Source: an uncultured Candidatus Saccharibacteria bacterium (GTDB taxonomy: Bacteria > Patescibacteriota > Minisyncoccia > UBA6257 > GWB1-50-10). From it: a DNA stretch of 64,000 bases. The notes beneath the pieces were generated by a model, which made no database searches, had not been told where the DNA came from, and worked only from the letters and a program-made list of their open reading frames with translations. Positions 10,399-20,009 of this stretch are shown one piece after another. Made by a program: the position numbers and the translations under genes. The stretch lies in assembly GCA_964449245.1 (NCBI GenBank), contig CAYUXY010000001.1, positions 66,838-130,837 of the forward strand. Direction: 5' to 3'. Position 1 is the stretch's first letter, and each line of letters begins with the position of its first letter.

Positions 10399-10782
10399 TT
10401 ATTGTATTGATGGAAGAGAAACCCCGAACATTTTTATTGGAAATGCCATAACGGGTATTGGGGCCCCCGGTGGAGGCACGGGAATCCAGCATACAGGCAC
10501 CATAATTGGAGAATAAAACCCTATTATCCAAGATTTGGGAAAGATTGACTTAAAAAGATAGCGTTGCGTCGCCGGTACCACTGCGTATGGCCCCGTGGGA
10601 GACGCGCCCGTTGGAATTAAGGTTATGGGGCCTTCACCCGGGCAAACCGTAGGAGGGGCGTATGCGGTCACCACTTTTCCAGCGAACGGGAGAAATATTG
10701 CCTCTGCTCTATCTAAGTGTACAAAATAAACAGTTAAGATGATTGAAATAATTGCAATCGTTTTTATAAGGGGAGCCTTCAT
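10399..10782 (-). CDS. small secreted Pro-rich protein
   Basis: Signal peptide followed by a PVPPPGAPIPV tract. Overlaps rsmA by 4 nt. Confidence 0.4.
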   Translation of the reverse strand: MKAPLIKTIAIISIILTVYFVHLDRAEAIFLPFAGKVVTAYAPPTVCPGEGPITLIPTGASPTGPYAVVPATQRYLFKSIFPKSWIIGFYSPIMVPVCWIPVPPPGAPIPVMAFPIKMFGVSLPSIQ

Positions 10783-11564
10783 ACGCTGTCATTATATAGT
10801 ATGTACGTCATTTTGATAATGTTTTGTACGGAGAAATCCTGCGGACGGGCATTTTCGGGCATATTAATTGATTTCAAAAGCTGGTATGCGAGGTCTTTGT
10901 TAAAATTTTCAGAAATATTATTTATAGCCATTTTTCTCGGATGGGCAAAAAGCGTTTTTGCCATTTCAAAATATTTTTGAGGTATGCAATCGCATTTCTT
11001 TTGTATAGATATTAATGCCGAATCCACTTTGGGCGGTGGCGAAAATTCATTTTTTTTAATAGTGCGCAGAATTTTTACATCTCCCCATGCCTGTACGCAG
11101 GCGGCGAGCAGATTCATTTTCGGCTCCGTGCTCGACATTCTAACGGCCACTTCTTTTTGAATTACAAGATGGACGGTGTCCGGAATCCGTCCGGCTGTTC
11201 CGATGACGCGCAATAGATGTCCCGTAATATAATAAGGAATGTTACCTACGATGATTAATTTTCCTGTGCGTTCTATTGCATCACCCAGATACTTTTGAAG
11301 ATAAGCAATTGCATCATCGTGTATTATTTTAATATTTTTGTCGGAGTATTTTTCAGACAGTTTTTTAAATAATTCAATATCTCTTTCGATAAGTATAAGG
11401 GACAAATTTTCGTTTTTCGCTCTTTCATATAAAAATTTTGTAAGCTCTCCATGCCCCGGACCTATTTCAATGACAGTATCGCCGGAAGTGGCAAAGAAAG
11501 ACGAAGATATTTCTCTTAATATCTCCTGATTTTTTAAAAAATGTTGGCCGAGCTTTTGTCTCAT
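10779..11564 (-). CDS. rsmA: 16S rRNA (adenine1518/1519-N6)-dimethyltransferase
   Basis: Carries the KsgA signature LGQHFL and the SAM motif IEIGPGHGELT. Confidence 0.9.
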   Translation of the reverse strand: MRQKLGQHFLKNQEILREISSSFFATSGDTVIEIGPGHGELTKFLYERAKNENLSLILIERDIELFKKLSEKYSDKNIKIIHDDAIAYLQKYLGDAIERTGKLIIVGNIPYYITGHLLRVIGTAGRIPDTVHLVIQKEVAVRMSSTEPKMNLLAACVQAWGDVKILRTIKKNEFSPPPKVDSALISIQKKCDCIPQKYFEMAKTLFAHPRKMAINNISENFNKDLAYQLLKSINMPENARPQDFSVQNIIKMTYILYNDSV

Positions 11565-11575
11565 ATTATTTATTT

Positions 11576-13111
11576 TTATTCCTCAACTTTCATTCTGTAA
11601 TGAAATGCCTCTGCAATATGATTTTTATTGATTTTTTCACACCCATCCAAATCTGCAATTGTACGCGCAATTTTAAGAATACGATAGTAACCACGCGGAG
11701 AAACAAAAGATTTTTCAAGTGCTTTTTTCAAGAAAGATTCAGCATCGTTATCGAATATGCAAAACAATTCCGTTTCTTTGGAATTCATTTCTGAGTTCGT
11801 ATCGAGCAGATGTTCATTTTTGGAAAACCTGATCTTTTGCACTTCCCTTGCGAGCGATATCTTTTTTTCAAGCATTTTTTTGCCTTGCGGTTGTTCGGAA
11901 TTGCGCAGTTCGTCTATGGAAATTCTTGGCACATGGATTTGAATATCCATTCTGTCCAATAATGGCCCTGATATTTTTTTCTGATATCGCAATATTTCGT
12001 TTGCTGTGCACGTACACTCTTTCGACTGATCTTCAAAATATCCACATGGGCAAGGGTTCATTGTTCCTACAAGAGTAAATCTTGCCGGAAAAGTTATCGA
12101 ATTTTTTGCTCTCGCAATCCGTATCAGTCCGTCTTCGAGCGGTTGCCTAAGACTTTCGAGCACGTCGCGATGAAATTCCGGCATTTCATCCAAAAATAGA
12201 ATACCCTTGTGGGCAAGGCTGACTTCACCCGGCTTTGGATTTGTCCCGCCACCTATAACGGCAACAGCCGATGCCGTGTGATGAGGAGATCTAAACGGTC
12301 TCGATAGAATCTGTGCGTTTGAAATGAGTCCGGCGGCGCTGTATATTCTTGCAACATCGATCATCTCGTTTTTCGACAGCGGTGGCAACAAAGAGACGAG
12401 AGCATTGGCGAGCATCGTTTTTCCTGTTCCCGGAGGACCGGACATCATTAAATTGTGTCCCCCTGCTGCGGCAATCGCGAGGGCTCTCTTTGCATTTTCT
12501 TGCCCCTTTATATCAGAAAGCGATGGGCCAAAAGTTGGATTATTGACCGAATTATCTTCATCGGCAACAAATGGCGATATTTTTGATCTGCTTTCAAGAT
12601 GCATTATCGCATCGCGTAGCGATCGTGTTGGATAAATATTTATGCCTTGCACCATCGACGCTTCGTACGCATTTTCGACCGGAACAAAAAGCTCGTCTAT
12701 CCCATTTTGTTTGCAAAAAAGCGCTATGTTTAACGCGCCGGAAACGGGACGCAAATTCCCATTTAAAGAAAGTTCGCCGACAAACATTTTTTTATACGGA
12801 TCAAATTCTGACATTTGTTTGCTTGCCAATATATAGGCGAGGGCTATTGGAAGATCAAACCTTGTACCTTCTTTTTTAATGTTTGCCGGAGCGAGATTGA
12901 TGGTAATTCTTTTATTTTCTCTTGTTGGCGGACGGACGTCCGAATTTTTAAGTGCCGAATTAACTCTTTCTTTTGCCTCGCTTATGGCCTTATCGGCTAA
13001 GCCAACAATGTTAAAAGAATGAAGGCCGACATTCAGGTCGGCCTCAATTTCCACCAATTCCGCATCAATTCCCACTACTTCCGCAGAAAATACCTTTGCA
13101 ACTGCACTCAT
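11576..13111 (-). CDS. comM: YifB/ComM family Mg-chelatase-like AAA+ ATPase
   Basis: N-terminal Lon-like domain (GIDAELVEIEADL) is followed by Walker A MSGPPGTGKTMLA. The C-terminal stretch is the ChlI-like region. Confidence 0.85.
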   Translation of the reverse strand: MSAVAKVFSAEVVGIDAELVEIEADLNVGLHSFNIVGLADKAISEAKERVNSALKNSDVRPPTRENKRITINLAPANIKKEGTRFDLPIALAYILASKQMSEFDPYKKMFVGELSLNGNLRPVSGALNIALFCKQNGIDELFVPVENAYEASMVQGINIYPTRSLRDAIMHLESRSKISPFVADEDNSVNNPTFGPSLSDIKGQENAKRALAIAAAGGHNLMMSGPPGTGKTMLANALVSLLPPLSKNEMIDVARIYSAAGLISNAQILSRPFRSPHHTASAVAVIGGGTNPKPGEVSLAHKGILFLDEMPEFHRDVLESLRQPLEDGLIRIARAKNSITFPARFTLVGTMNPCPCGYFEDQSKECTCTANEILRYQKKISGPLLDRMDIQIHVPRISIDELRNSEQPQGKKMLEKKISLAREVQKIRFSKNEHLLDTNSEMNSKETELFCIFDNDAESFLKKALEKSFVSPRGYYRILKIARTIADLDGCEKINKNHIAEAFHYRMKVEE

Positions 13112-13118
13112 CGCAAAA

Positions 13119-13487
13119 TTATCCTTTTTTACAATTTTTACAAAACTGGGATTCGGGGCTTATATCAAAAATTTCAGGTTCTATTTCTTTTCCGCATTCT
13201 ATACATATTCCATATGATCCGTCTTCTATCAATTCAAGCGCTCGCACGATTCTCTGCAGTTTATTATCAAAAGCATCTTCAAGTCCTTTTTCGCGGACAA
13301 ACTCTTCCGTTTCGTCAGCCTCTTCGTCGAGTCCATCAATATCATCGCCAAAGTCTGAAGATTTTTTTAATTCCGAAATTCTCGTGGTCATTTCATCGCG
13401 CTCTTTTTCAAGAAGAGCTTTCCATTTATTTAATTGTTCTTTTGAATATGGCATATATTTAATATCCGAGTCTTTTTGCTGCCTCAT
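13119..13487 (-). CDS. DksA/TraR C4-type zinc-finger protein
   Basis: C-terminal motif CIECGKEIEPEIF...CKNCK with an acidic coiled-coil N-terminal region. Confidence 0.7.
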   Translation of the reverse strand: MRQQKDSDIKYMPYSKEQLNKWKALLEKERDEMTTRISELKKSSDFGDDIDGLDEEADETEEFVREKGLEDAFDNKLQRIVRALELIEDGSYGICIECGKEIEPEIFDISPESQFCKNCKKG

Positions 13488-14583
13488 TTGACCCGTCTAT
13501 ATTAGAGCCTATCAAGAGATATTTATCAAACCAAGCATATCCAAAAACTGCTCCAGTGTTTGAAAAACGAACCAACGAGGCGGGCTTTCCTGCGATTTTT
13601 CCATCTTCCCATGCTCCAATTGTTCCCGGATCGGACAAAAATGCATTGATTAAGTCAGGGCTTGACTGTAAAGTAGCCATCTCATTTTGCATAGCTGATA
13701 TATCTCCCGTATCTTTGAATTTTGCAATAAACCCGAGCCATGTTCCGGCGGTATTGGTATACGCGAATATTGTTCCATCGCTCTCGAATTTATTTGTAAT
13801 TTCGTTTGTGAAGAATGACGGGAAGAAGGAATTAAGTATGTAAGAAAATGCCATCGGCTTGTTTGAGTTTGTTTTAAATACAACTTCTTTGAATACCGGC
13901 AGAGACGTTGATGTAAATGTAAGCGCGGATTTCATATCCGCATAGCTGAATCCCGGAAGAGGAACATCAAAAACTAAGTCTGCCGGAGATTGAAGGAGTG
14001 ATGAGTGAATTTCGAGCGTTGAGCCAATCGGCGGTTCGATTACTTCAGGCACCGTTTCGATCGGTTCGTTATTGACCGGTACGATTTCATTATTAAGCTC
14101 TTGGTTTATGTCGGCCGGGCTTTCTTCTGAGAGCATCGGCAAGACAAAGAAATATCCAATAGCAAGAATGCCGGCAATGATAATAATGGCGAGTATCCAC
14201 CCAAAAGCGCTTTTTTTCTTCTTCGCCGGCTTTGAACCTTCTCCCCATTCGGGAGTTTGCGGAGTAGATTTCGCGGTCACGGGCGGTATTTTTGGAATGT
14301 TTGTGTTTGGAGTTGATGAAACAGCGTTTGTTGTTTCAAACCCGTCGTTTATATTTTGTGGCGAAAAAGACGGCCCACCCGCATCTACGCGATTGTTATT
14401 GATGCCGGTCGTCGACGGATTGTATGCGTGAGGCATATTCCCGCCAGTTTCTTGCATAGACGCGATGTCGGAAGACATGGTTCTAACGTCTATTTTTTCT
14501 GTCGGCTGTTTTGCGAGAGGGACTTCTCCCTCCCCATCCCCTATTGCAGGGGGAAAATTTTGCTCTTCGTTCATTAATCCCAA
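13459..14583 (-). CDS. membrane-anchored hypothetical protein
   Basis: Internal TM (GWILAIIIIAGILAIGYFFVLP) preceded by a K-rich stretch. The C-terminal domain is extracytoplasmic. The start may be the MNEEQ Met at 14574. Confidence 0.5.
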   Translation of the reverse strand: MGLMNEEQNFPPAIGDGEGEVPLAKQPTEKIDVRTMSSDIASMQETGGNMPHAYNPSTTGINNNRVDAGGPSFSPQNINDGFETTNAVSSTPNTNIPKIPPVTAKSTPQTPEWGEGSKPAKKKKSAFGWILAIIIIAGILAIGYFFVLPMLSEESPADINQELNNEIVPVNNEPIETVPEVIEPPIGSTLEIHSSLLQSPADLVFDVPLPGFSYADMKSALTFTSTSLPVFKEVVFKTNSNKPMAFSYILNSFFPSFFTNEITNKFESDGTIFAYTNTAGTWLGFIAKFKDTGDISAMQNEMATLQSSPDLINAFLSDPGTIGAWEDGKIAGKPASLVRFSNTGAVFGYAWFDKYLLIGSNIDGSNEAAKRLGY

Positions 14584-14621
14584 TTATACACTATTTGGTT
14601 TTATGAACCAACGAATTAGTG

Positions 14622-16667
14622 CTAAATAAGCTGTTTTAGTGAAAGGCCTATTTTTCCGTCGCGGTCTGCTTTGATTACTTTTGCTATTACTTCATCGCCA
14701 ACGTGCACGACTTCTTCGACGGTTTTTACAAAACCTTCTTTTAATTCAGAGACGTGAATCATCCCATCTTTGTTCCCGCCGAGGTCTACAATAGCGCCAA
14801 ATTCCAGTATTCTTACAACTTTTCCGTTAACTATATCGCCAACCTTATATTCGCGGACAATGGCCCTTATGGCGTCACAGGCTTTTTCTACGAGAGATTG
14901 TTCGGTGCCGGCGACGTATACCGTGCCGTCATCGTCTATGTCTATCGTGACCTTATCCATGCTGGCGGCGATTATGGCGTTTATATTTTTCCCGCCTGGT
15001 CCGATAATTTCTCCAATCTTATCCTGTGGCACGGAAATTTTTACTATTTTAGGAGCATAAGGCGAAAGCTCTGGCCGTGCGGACGGAAGAGTATTTTTCA
15101 TAACATCGATAATTTGGAATCGCGCTTTTTTCGCTGAAGCAAGCGCGTCTTCAAAAATTTTCTTTGTGATTCCCTGAACCTTTACGTCCATTTGAATGGC
15201 TGTGATGCCGTCAACTGTTCCGGCAACTTTGAAATCCATATCTCCATAATGGTCTTCCGGCCCTTGGATGTCGGTAAGTATTTTATATTCACCGTTTTTA
15301 TCAAGCATTAGCCCGATAGCGATGCCTGCGACGTGTTTTTGTATCGGAACTCCGGCGTCCATTAACGATAGACACGCTGCGCACGTTGATGCCATAGAAG
15401 AAGAGCCATTTGATGACAATGTTTCGGCGACAACTCTCATCGTGTAAGGAAAGTCTTCTTTTTTCGGAATCATAGCGGACAAGGCTTTTGCGGCAAGTGT
15501 GCCGTGCCCGATTTCCCTTCTTCCCGGCCCTCTTGACCTTCCGGTTTCTCCAACGGAGAAGCTCGGGAAATTATAATGCAACATAAATCGTTTTTTGCCG
15601 GACATCTCCATAGTTTCAATCATTTGTTCGGCAGAAGAAGATGCGAGTGTTGTAACCGCGAGAACTTGAGTGGCGCCACGGGTAAAAAGTCCTGAGCCGT
15701 GTGTAAGAGAAAAGAGTCCAACTTCTGAATACAGCGGACGTATCTCGTCGAATTTTCTGTCGTCAACGCGCCTGCCTGATTCGAGCGCTTCGCGATGCAC
15801 AAAATTATCGGTTTCTTCCTCGAGAATTCCGAGAGCCTGACCGACTTTTCCGGAATATTCTTCGCTTGACGCGCAAAACTCGATTACTTTATTTTTCAAA
15901 TCGCCTTCCGTTTTGTTTTTAAGGGCGTCTTTGATTTCGGGATCTATAATATTTTTTATTTCTTTTATGAGCTGTTTGTCGGGTTCGGAAAAATCAATGG
16001 CTATTTTCGGTTTCCCGATTTCTTTGCGTATTTTGTTTTGAAATTCGACGAGCGTTTTGATTTTTTTGTGGGAATCTTCGAATATTTTTATCGCTTCATT
16101 TTCTTCTATCTCTTTTCCTTCGAGCTCGATCATATTTACGCATTCGTCCGGTCCCGCAATATATGATTTATATATAAGCGTCCCGTCTTCCGCTGTTTTT
16201 ACAAATTGGATGCCGGCAACAGGGCCGTTCCATGGTATGTCGGAAATGTGTAGCGCTGTCGAAGCGGAAAGAAGGCCTATAATATCCGGATCGTGCATTT
16301 CATCGTATGAAAGTATTGTAACGACAACCTGAACCTCTCTGCGAAGACGATTGTCAAAAAGAGGCCTGATTGTTCGGTCTATCAATCTTGCGGAAAGCGT
16401 AGCTTCGTCAGATGGGCGTCCTTCGCGCCTTATAAATCTACTGCCGATTATTTTTCCCGCCGCATAAAATCTTTCCTCATAGTCAACCGTAAGCGGGAAA
16501 AAATCACCTGATTTGTTTTCTTTCCCCATTACTACAGTTGCGAGAACTACGGTGTTTCCGTGTTTGCCGATGACGGATGCGTTTGTTTGTCCGGCGAGCT
16601 TTGATGTTTCTATAGATATTTCTTCGCCATCAAGCTCGGTTTTAAAAACTTTTCTTTCTAAGTCCAT
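14622..16667 (-). CDS. pnp: polyribonucleotide nucleotidyltransferase (PNPase)
   Basis: Two RNase PH-like domains with C-terminal KH and S1 domains. The N-terminal sequence is typical of PNPase. Confidence 0.9.
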   Translation of the reverse strand: MDLERKVFKTELDGEEISIETSKLAGQTNASVIGKHGNTVVLATVVMGKENKSGDFFPLTVDYEERFYAAGKIIGSRFIRREGRPSDEATLSARLIDRTIRPLFDNRLRREVQVVVTILSYDEMHDPDIIGLLSASTALHISDIPWNGPVAGIQFVKTAEDGTLIYKSYIAGPDECVNMIELEGKEIEENEAIKIFEDSHKKIKTLVEFQNKIRKEIGKPKIAIDFSEPDKQLIKEIKNIIDPEIKDALKNKTEGDLKNKVIEFCASSEEYSGKVGQALGILEEETDNFVHREALESGRRVDDRKFDEIRPLYSEVGLFSLTHGSGLFTRGATQVLAVTTLASSSAEQMIETMEMSGKKRFMLHYNFPSFSVGETGRSRGPGRREIGHGTLAAKALSAMIPKKEDFPYTMRVVAETLSSNGSSSMASTCAACLSLMDAGVPIQKHVAGIAIGLMLDKNGEYKILTDIQGPEDHYGDMDFKVAGTVDGITAIQMDVKVQGITKKIFEDALASAKKARFQIIDVMKNTLPSARPELSPYAPKIVKISVPQDKIGEIIGPGGKNINAIIAASMDKVTIDIDDDGTVYVAGTEQSLVEKACDAIRAIVREYKVGDIVNGKVVRILEFGAIVDLGGNKDGMIHVSELKEGFVKTVEEVVHVGDEVIAKVIKADRDGKIGLSLKQLI

Positions 16668-16676
16668 ATATTTATT

Positions 16677-17246
16677 TTATTTTTTATTTTTTGAACGACT
16701 GTCTCTTCCTTTTGGCGATGCATCGCGCATTCGGAGTAATATTTTCGGCATAGTTTCTATTTCCGAAAAAACATCAGCGACCTCCTTGAGTTTTGCCGAA
16801 GTTGTTCGCGAAAAAGCTGCGACTTCAACTTGTTTGCCGAGTCCCCACTTCAGATATTCGACGAGAGGAACGAAATCCCCGTCGCCTGTTATAAGAATAA
16901 TTGCATCAAGCGAGTTGCCCATTCGTATGGCGTCAACCGCAAGTCCTACGTCCCAATCGGCTTTTTTCGCGCCACCGGGATATATTTGCAAATCTTTAAG
17001 ACGAAGTTCAATGCCCGTTTTTCTAAGCGCGTCGAAAAACATTTCTTCTCCGCGTCCGTCCGTGTGCTCGTGAGGAACTATCCCCTCACTTTTCACTACG
17101 TAGGCTATTTTTCTTATCACCGGACGATTTCCGGCAACTATTTTTACAAGCTGTTCGAAATTAACGCGCGCTTGATAAAGATTTTTGGCGGAATGGTAAA
17201 TGTTCTGGACATCAATGAAAATTCCTACTCGTTGTTCGGGATACAT
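16677..17246 (-). CDS. NYN-domain (LabA-like) nuclease
   Basis: N-terminal sequence VGIFIDVQNIYHSAKNL follows the LabA/NYN pattern. It sits between rpsO and pnp. Confidence 0.65.
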   Translation of the reverse strand: MYPEQRVGIFIDVQNIYHSAKNLYQARVNFEQLVKIVAGNRPVIRKIAYVVKSEGIVPHEHTDGRGEEMFFDALRKTGIELRLKDLQIYPGGAKKADWDVGLAVDAIRMGNSLDAIILITGDGDFVPLVEYLKWGLGKQVEVAAFSRTTSAKLKEVADVFSEIETMPKILLRMRDASPKGRDSRSKNKK

Positions 17247-17318
17247 ATTTTAAATTTATTGTCTAAATAAAAACTTTTACTTCCCGCGCTTTTGGGGGAA
17301 GTAAAATTTGAAATACTG

Positions 17319-17579
17319 TTATAATTCAAGCTTTTTGACCAGCGCATTATATTTTTTCTCATCATTTTTCTCGAGATATTGGAGAAACCTTCTCCGTTTT
17401 CCAACCATCATGAGAAGTCCGCGTCTCGAGTGATGATCTTTCGGATTTTTCTTCAAATGACCGGCTAAAACCTTGATTTGTTTTGTCAGAAGGGCGATTT
17501 GCACCGATGCGGAGCCCGTATCGGTATCGTGTTTCTTAAAATCCTTTATCGCCGTCTGTTTTTTCTGTTTCGAAAGCAT
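17319..17579 (-). CDS. rpsO: 30S ribosomal protein S15
   Basis: 86 aa with the S15 motifs GSASVQIALLT and HSRRGLLMMVGKRRR. Confidence 0.9.
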   Translation of the reverse strand: MLSKQKKQTAIKDFKKHDTDTGSASVQIALLTKQIKVLAGHLKKNPKDHHSRRGLLMMVGKRRRFLQYLEKNDEKKYNALVKKLEL

Positions 17580-17599
17580 ATTTCGATAGTAATATATAT

Positions 17600-17876
17600 T
17601 TGGGTTTGTGTCAAAAAATACAGTTTTTAGTGGTTAGTTGTTAGTTTTTAGAGAAAATTTGTGGTGAGCGTAGTCGAACCATCTTTTAACTAACCTTATA
17701 AATAAACGACATTAAAACCCCGATGCTTTGATCGGGGCTCGCGACCCCCAAAGGAGCGTCGGAGTTAGATAATTAGAAATTATTTCTCCTATATTCTACA
17801 TACAATATTCTATATACTTCTGATCTAACAACTAATAACTAAAAACTAACAACTGCTCCTATGCTATAGTACATAT
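17600..17876. repeat. intergenic repeat element, copy 1 (GC-rich hairpin core 17714-17771 flanked by inverted TTAGTT-type short repeats)
   Basis: Core aaaaccccgatgctttgatcggggctcgcgacccccaaaggagcgtcggagttagata recurs at 25527-25584. Flanking arms cagtttttagtggttagttgttagttttt (17622-17650) and ctaacaactaataactaaaaactaacaactg (17825-17855) are inverted relative to each other. Confidence 0.7.
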
Positions 17877-18770
17877 ATGCCAAAGGATGCCACAAAATAC
17901 TTAGATCAATATCTTGACTATCTCGAGATAGAAAAAAATAAATCAAGGAAAACTCGCGAGAATTATGGTAGGTATCTTTCCTCTTTCCTTGAAAACAGGG
18001 ATATAAAAAACATTTCCGATATAAATACTGAAAATGTGCGTAAATTCAGGGTATGGCTTTCTGAAAAGAATCTTAAAAAAAATACGCAAGGGTATTATGT
18101 GATAGCCATCCGAAATTTCTTGAAATATCTAATAAAGCAGGGAGAAGAAGTCCTTTCTCCGGATATGATAGAGCTTCCAAAAGTTTCAAGACGCGACATA
18201 GAAACGCTCGACTATAAAGAGCTTGAGCGCCTTATGAGCGCGCCGGAAGGAAATGACGTAAAAACTCTTCGAGATAAAGCGATACTCGAAACTTTTTTTT
18301 CGACCGGACTTAGGCTTTCCGAGCTCTGCTCTCTTCCGCGATATATAGATTTAGAACGAGGGGAAGTTTCGGTAAGAGGCAAGGGAGACAAACTAAGAGT
18401 TGTTTTCCTTGCGGATAGTACCCGCAAATCGATTAAAGAATATCTTGCTAAGAGAACCGACCCAGAAGAAGCTCTTTTTGTAAGCGTCAGCAAATCCGGA
18501 AAAATTCTCGGGAAAATAACTCCGCGCTCCGTCGAAAGACTCGTGGATTTTTATGCGAGAAAAGCCGGAATTCCAAAAAAAATACATCCGCATCAGCTTC
18601 GCCACTCGTTTGCCACGGATCTTTTGATAAACGGCGCAGACCTGCGCTCAGTGCAGGAACTCTTAGGTCACGCAAATATATCAACAACTCAAATTTATAC
18701 GCACCTTACAAACAAAGAGCTTCGCGATGTGCACGAAGCCTTTCACGGACGCCGGAGAAAAAAAGAGTAG
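17877..18770 (+). CDS. xerD: tyrosine site-specific recombinase XerC/XerD family
   Basis: N-terminal SAM-like domain followed by catalytic motifs HQLRHSFATDLL and LLGHANISTTQIYTH. 297 aa. Confidence 0.85.
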   Translation: MPKDATKYLDQYLDYLEIEKNKSRKTRENYGRYLSSFLENRDIKNISDINTENVRKFRVWLSEKNLKKNTQGYYVIAIRNFLKYLIKQGEEVLSPDMIELPKVSRRDIETLDYKELERLMSAPEGNDVKTLRDKAILETFFSTGLRLSELCSLPRYIDLERGEVSVRGKGDKLRVVFLADSTRKSIKEYLAKRTDPEEALFVSVSKSGKILGKITPRSVERLVDFYARKAGIPKKIHPHQLRHSFATDLLINGADLRSVQELLGHANISTTQIYTHLTNKELRDVHEAFHGRRRKKE

Positions 18771-18772
18771 TG

Positions 18773-18856
18773 TGCTGGGGGGGAGACTTGAACTCCCAAG
18801 AGGTTGCCCTCACAAGGTCCTAAGCCTTGCGCGTCTGCCAATTTCGCCACCCCAGC
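18773..18856 (-). tRNA. tRNA-Leu (anticodon TAG), class II with long variable arm
   Basis: Hand-folded from the minus strand. Acceptor GCTGGGG/CCCCAGC, anticodon loop CTTAGGA and T-loop TTCAAGT. Confidence 0.8.
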
Positions 18857-18877
18857 AATAACCAAAATTCTACAAAT

Positions 18878-18908
18878 CAAAAACCCGCCTTTATAAAAGC
18901 GGGTTTTT
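18878..18908 (-). terminator. rho-independent terminator hairpin downstream of the pilin-like array
   Basis: 8-bp stem aaacccgc/gcgggttt with an A/T-rich loop and T-run on the minus strand. Confidence 0.5.
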
Positions 18909-18913
18909 GATTG

Positions 18914-19231
18914 TTATGCAAGTGCAAATTTTACTAACTCAATGATTGATTTCGCAAGTATTGCGACAGCAACCGCAATAACAGTTCCAAACAGTTGCTG
19001 TCTCGCAGTTTTCACCCTCGCTTCATCACCTCCGCTAAAAAGAAAATTATATGCGGAAAGGATGATAAATATAACTGCTAGAGCGAGAAGTATGCCGTAC
19101 ATCCAATTGCCTATTTTATCCATCAACTCCAATACCTTTGTTGGCGTGTTAATGGAGCTTTCTGCTTGGGCAATATAAGGTAAAATTAATAGTCCTATAA
19201 TTGTCCAAAAATTAGTGAAGACTTTTTTCAT
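18914..19231 (-). CDS. VirB2/TrbC-like pilin candidate (paralog 1)
   Basis: Signal peptide (..YIAQA|ES) followed by TM helix, short charged loop SGGDEARVKTARQQ and second TM helix. 105 aa. Confidence 0.55.
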   Translation of the reverse strand: MKKVFTNFWTIIGLLILPYIAQAESSINTPTKVLELMDKIGNWMYGILLALAVIFIILSAYNFLFSGGDEARVKTARQQLFGTVIAVAVAILAKSIIELVKFALA

Positions 19232-19240
19232 AGCCCAATT

Positions 19241-19594
19241 TTATCTAACTATGGAACTAATGACAATTACGATACCTTGCGCAAGAAGGCCAATTGCGAC
19301 TGCGACAATCGCGTATATCAAATAATTTTTTGCTTTTGTAACAGACTTCTCTTCCCCGCCTGATGTGAGGTAGTAGAACGCTGCCACAATTAAGAATATT
19401 ACGGCAAGAGCCAATAAAATTCCTAACATGTATTTTGCAATCAATTGAACTCTCGTCATTAATGAGCTGTAGTTTGTAATGTCAGACTCTAGGGTCGGTT
19501 CGGTGCCACTAAATGGATCGGTAATTTGCCCGATTGCAAATGCAGGAGCAAGAAGTATTGCTGCGAGTATTCCTGCTGTAATAATTTTTTTCAT
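19241..19594 (-). CDS. VirB2/TrbC-like pilin candidate (paralog 2)
   Basis: Same architecture. The motif MLGILLALAVIFLIV...TSGGEEKSVTKAKN is shared with paralog 1. Confidence 0.55.
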   Translation of the reverse strand: MKKIITAGILAAILLAPAFAIGQITDPFSGTEPTLESDITNYSSLMTRVQLIAKYMLGILLALAVIFLIVAAFYYLTSGGEEKSVTKAKNYLIYAIVAVAIGLLAQGIVIVISSIVR

Positions 19595-19643
19595 TTTTAA
19601 TAATTAATATAATACGACCTTTTCTTTTTGTGACGCATCGGAA

Positions 19644-19973
19644 TTATTCAAGAACTCCTTCAATAATGCCAACGATGCCCCATCCGATAAAAATTATACC
19701 ATAGCCCAAAGCGGCGTACAAAATGGTATTTTTGCCCGTCGTAAATTTTTTTGGGTCGCCTTGAGCGGTCATTATCTGAAATGCTCCGATTATAATCATT
19801 ATGGTTGCTATCGGCGCGCCGGCAGCTATGAGCCAGCTTATAATAGTCTGAATAAGCTCGAAAACATCGCCGGAGTTCAACGGATTTTGGAGTTCTATTG
19901 CTGCGCCTCTTGCGACAAACGGAACAGCCGTTAATGTGACACAAAGCGCCGTAACGCGTTTAAAAAATTTCAT
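19644..19973 (-). CDS. VirB2/TrbC-like pilin candidate (paralog 3)
   Basis: Signal peptide followed by TM, loop TAQGDPKKFTTGKN and second TM. 109 aa. Confidence 0.5.
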   Translation of the reverse strand: MKFFKRVTALCVTLTAVPFVARGAAIELQNPLNSGDVFELIQTIISWLIAAGAPIATIMIIIGAFQIMTAQGDPKKFTTGKNTILYAALGYGIIFIGWGIVGIIEGVLE

Positions 19974-20009
19974 ATAAATATTATACCAATTTTTACTTGA
20001 TAATGAATA

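Noticed and set aside
17877-18856. XerC/D-like recombinase abutting the 3' end of tRNA-Leu as the integrase/att end of an integrated element
   Set aside because: The geometry resembles int-tRNA junctions. However, the side that an element would occupy contains rpsO, NYN and pnp housekeeping genes, and no direct repeat of the tRNA-Leu 3' end was seen. It is more likely the chromosomal Xer recombinase. Kept only as a remark.
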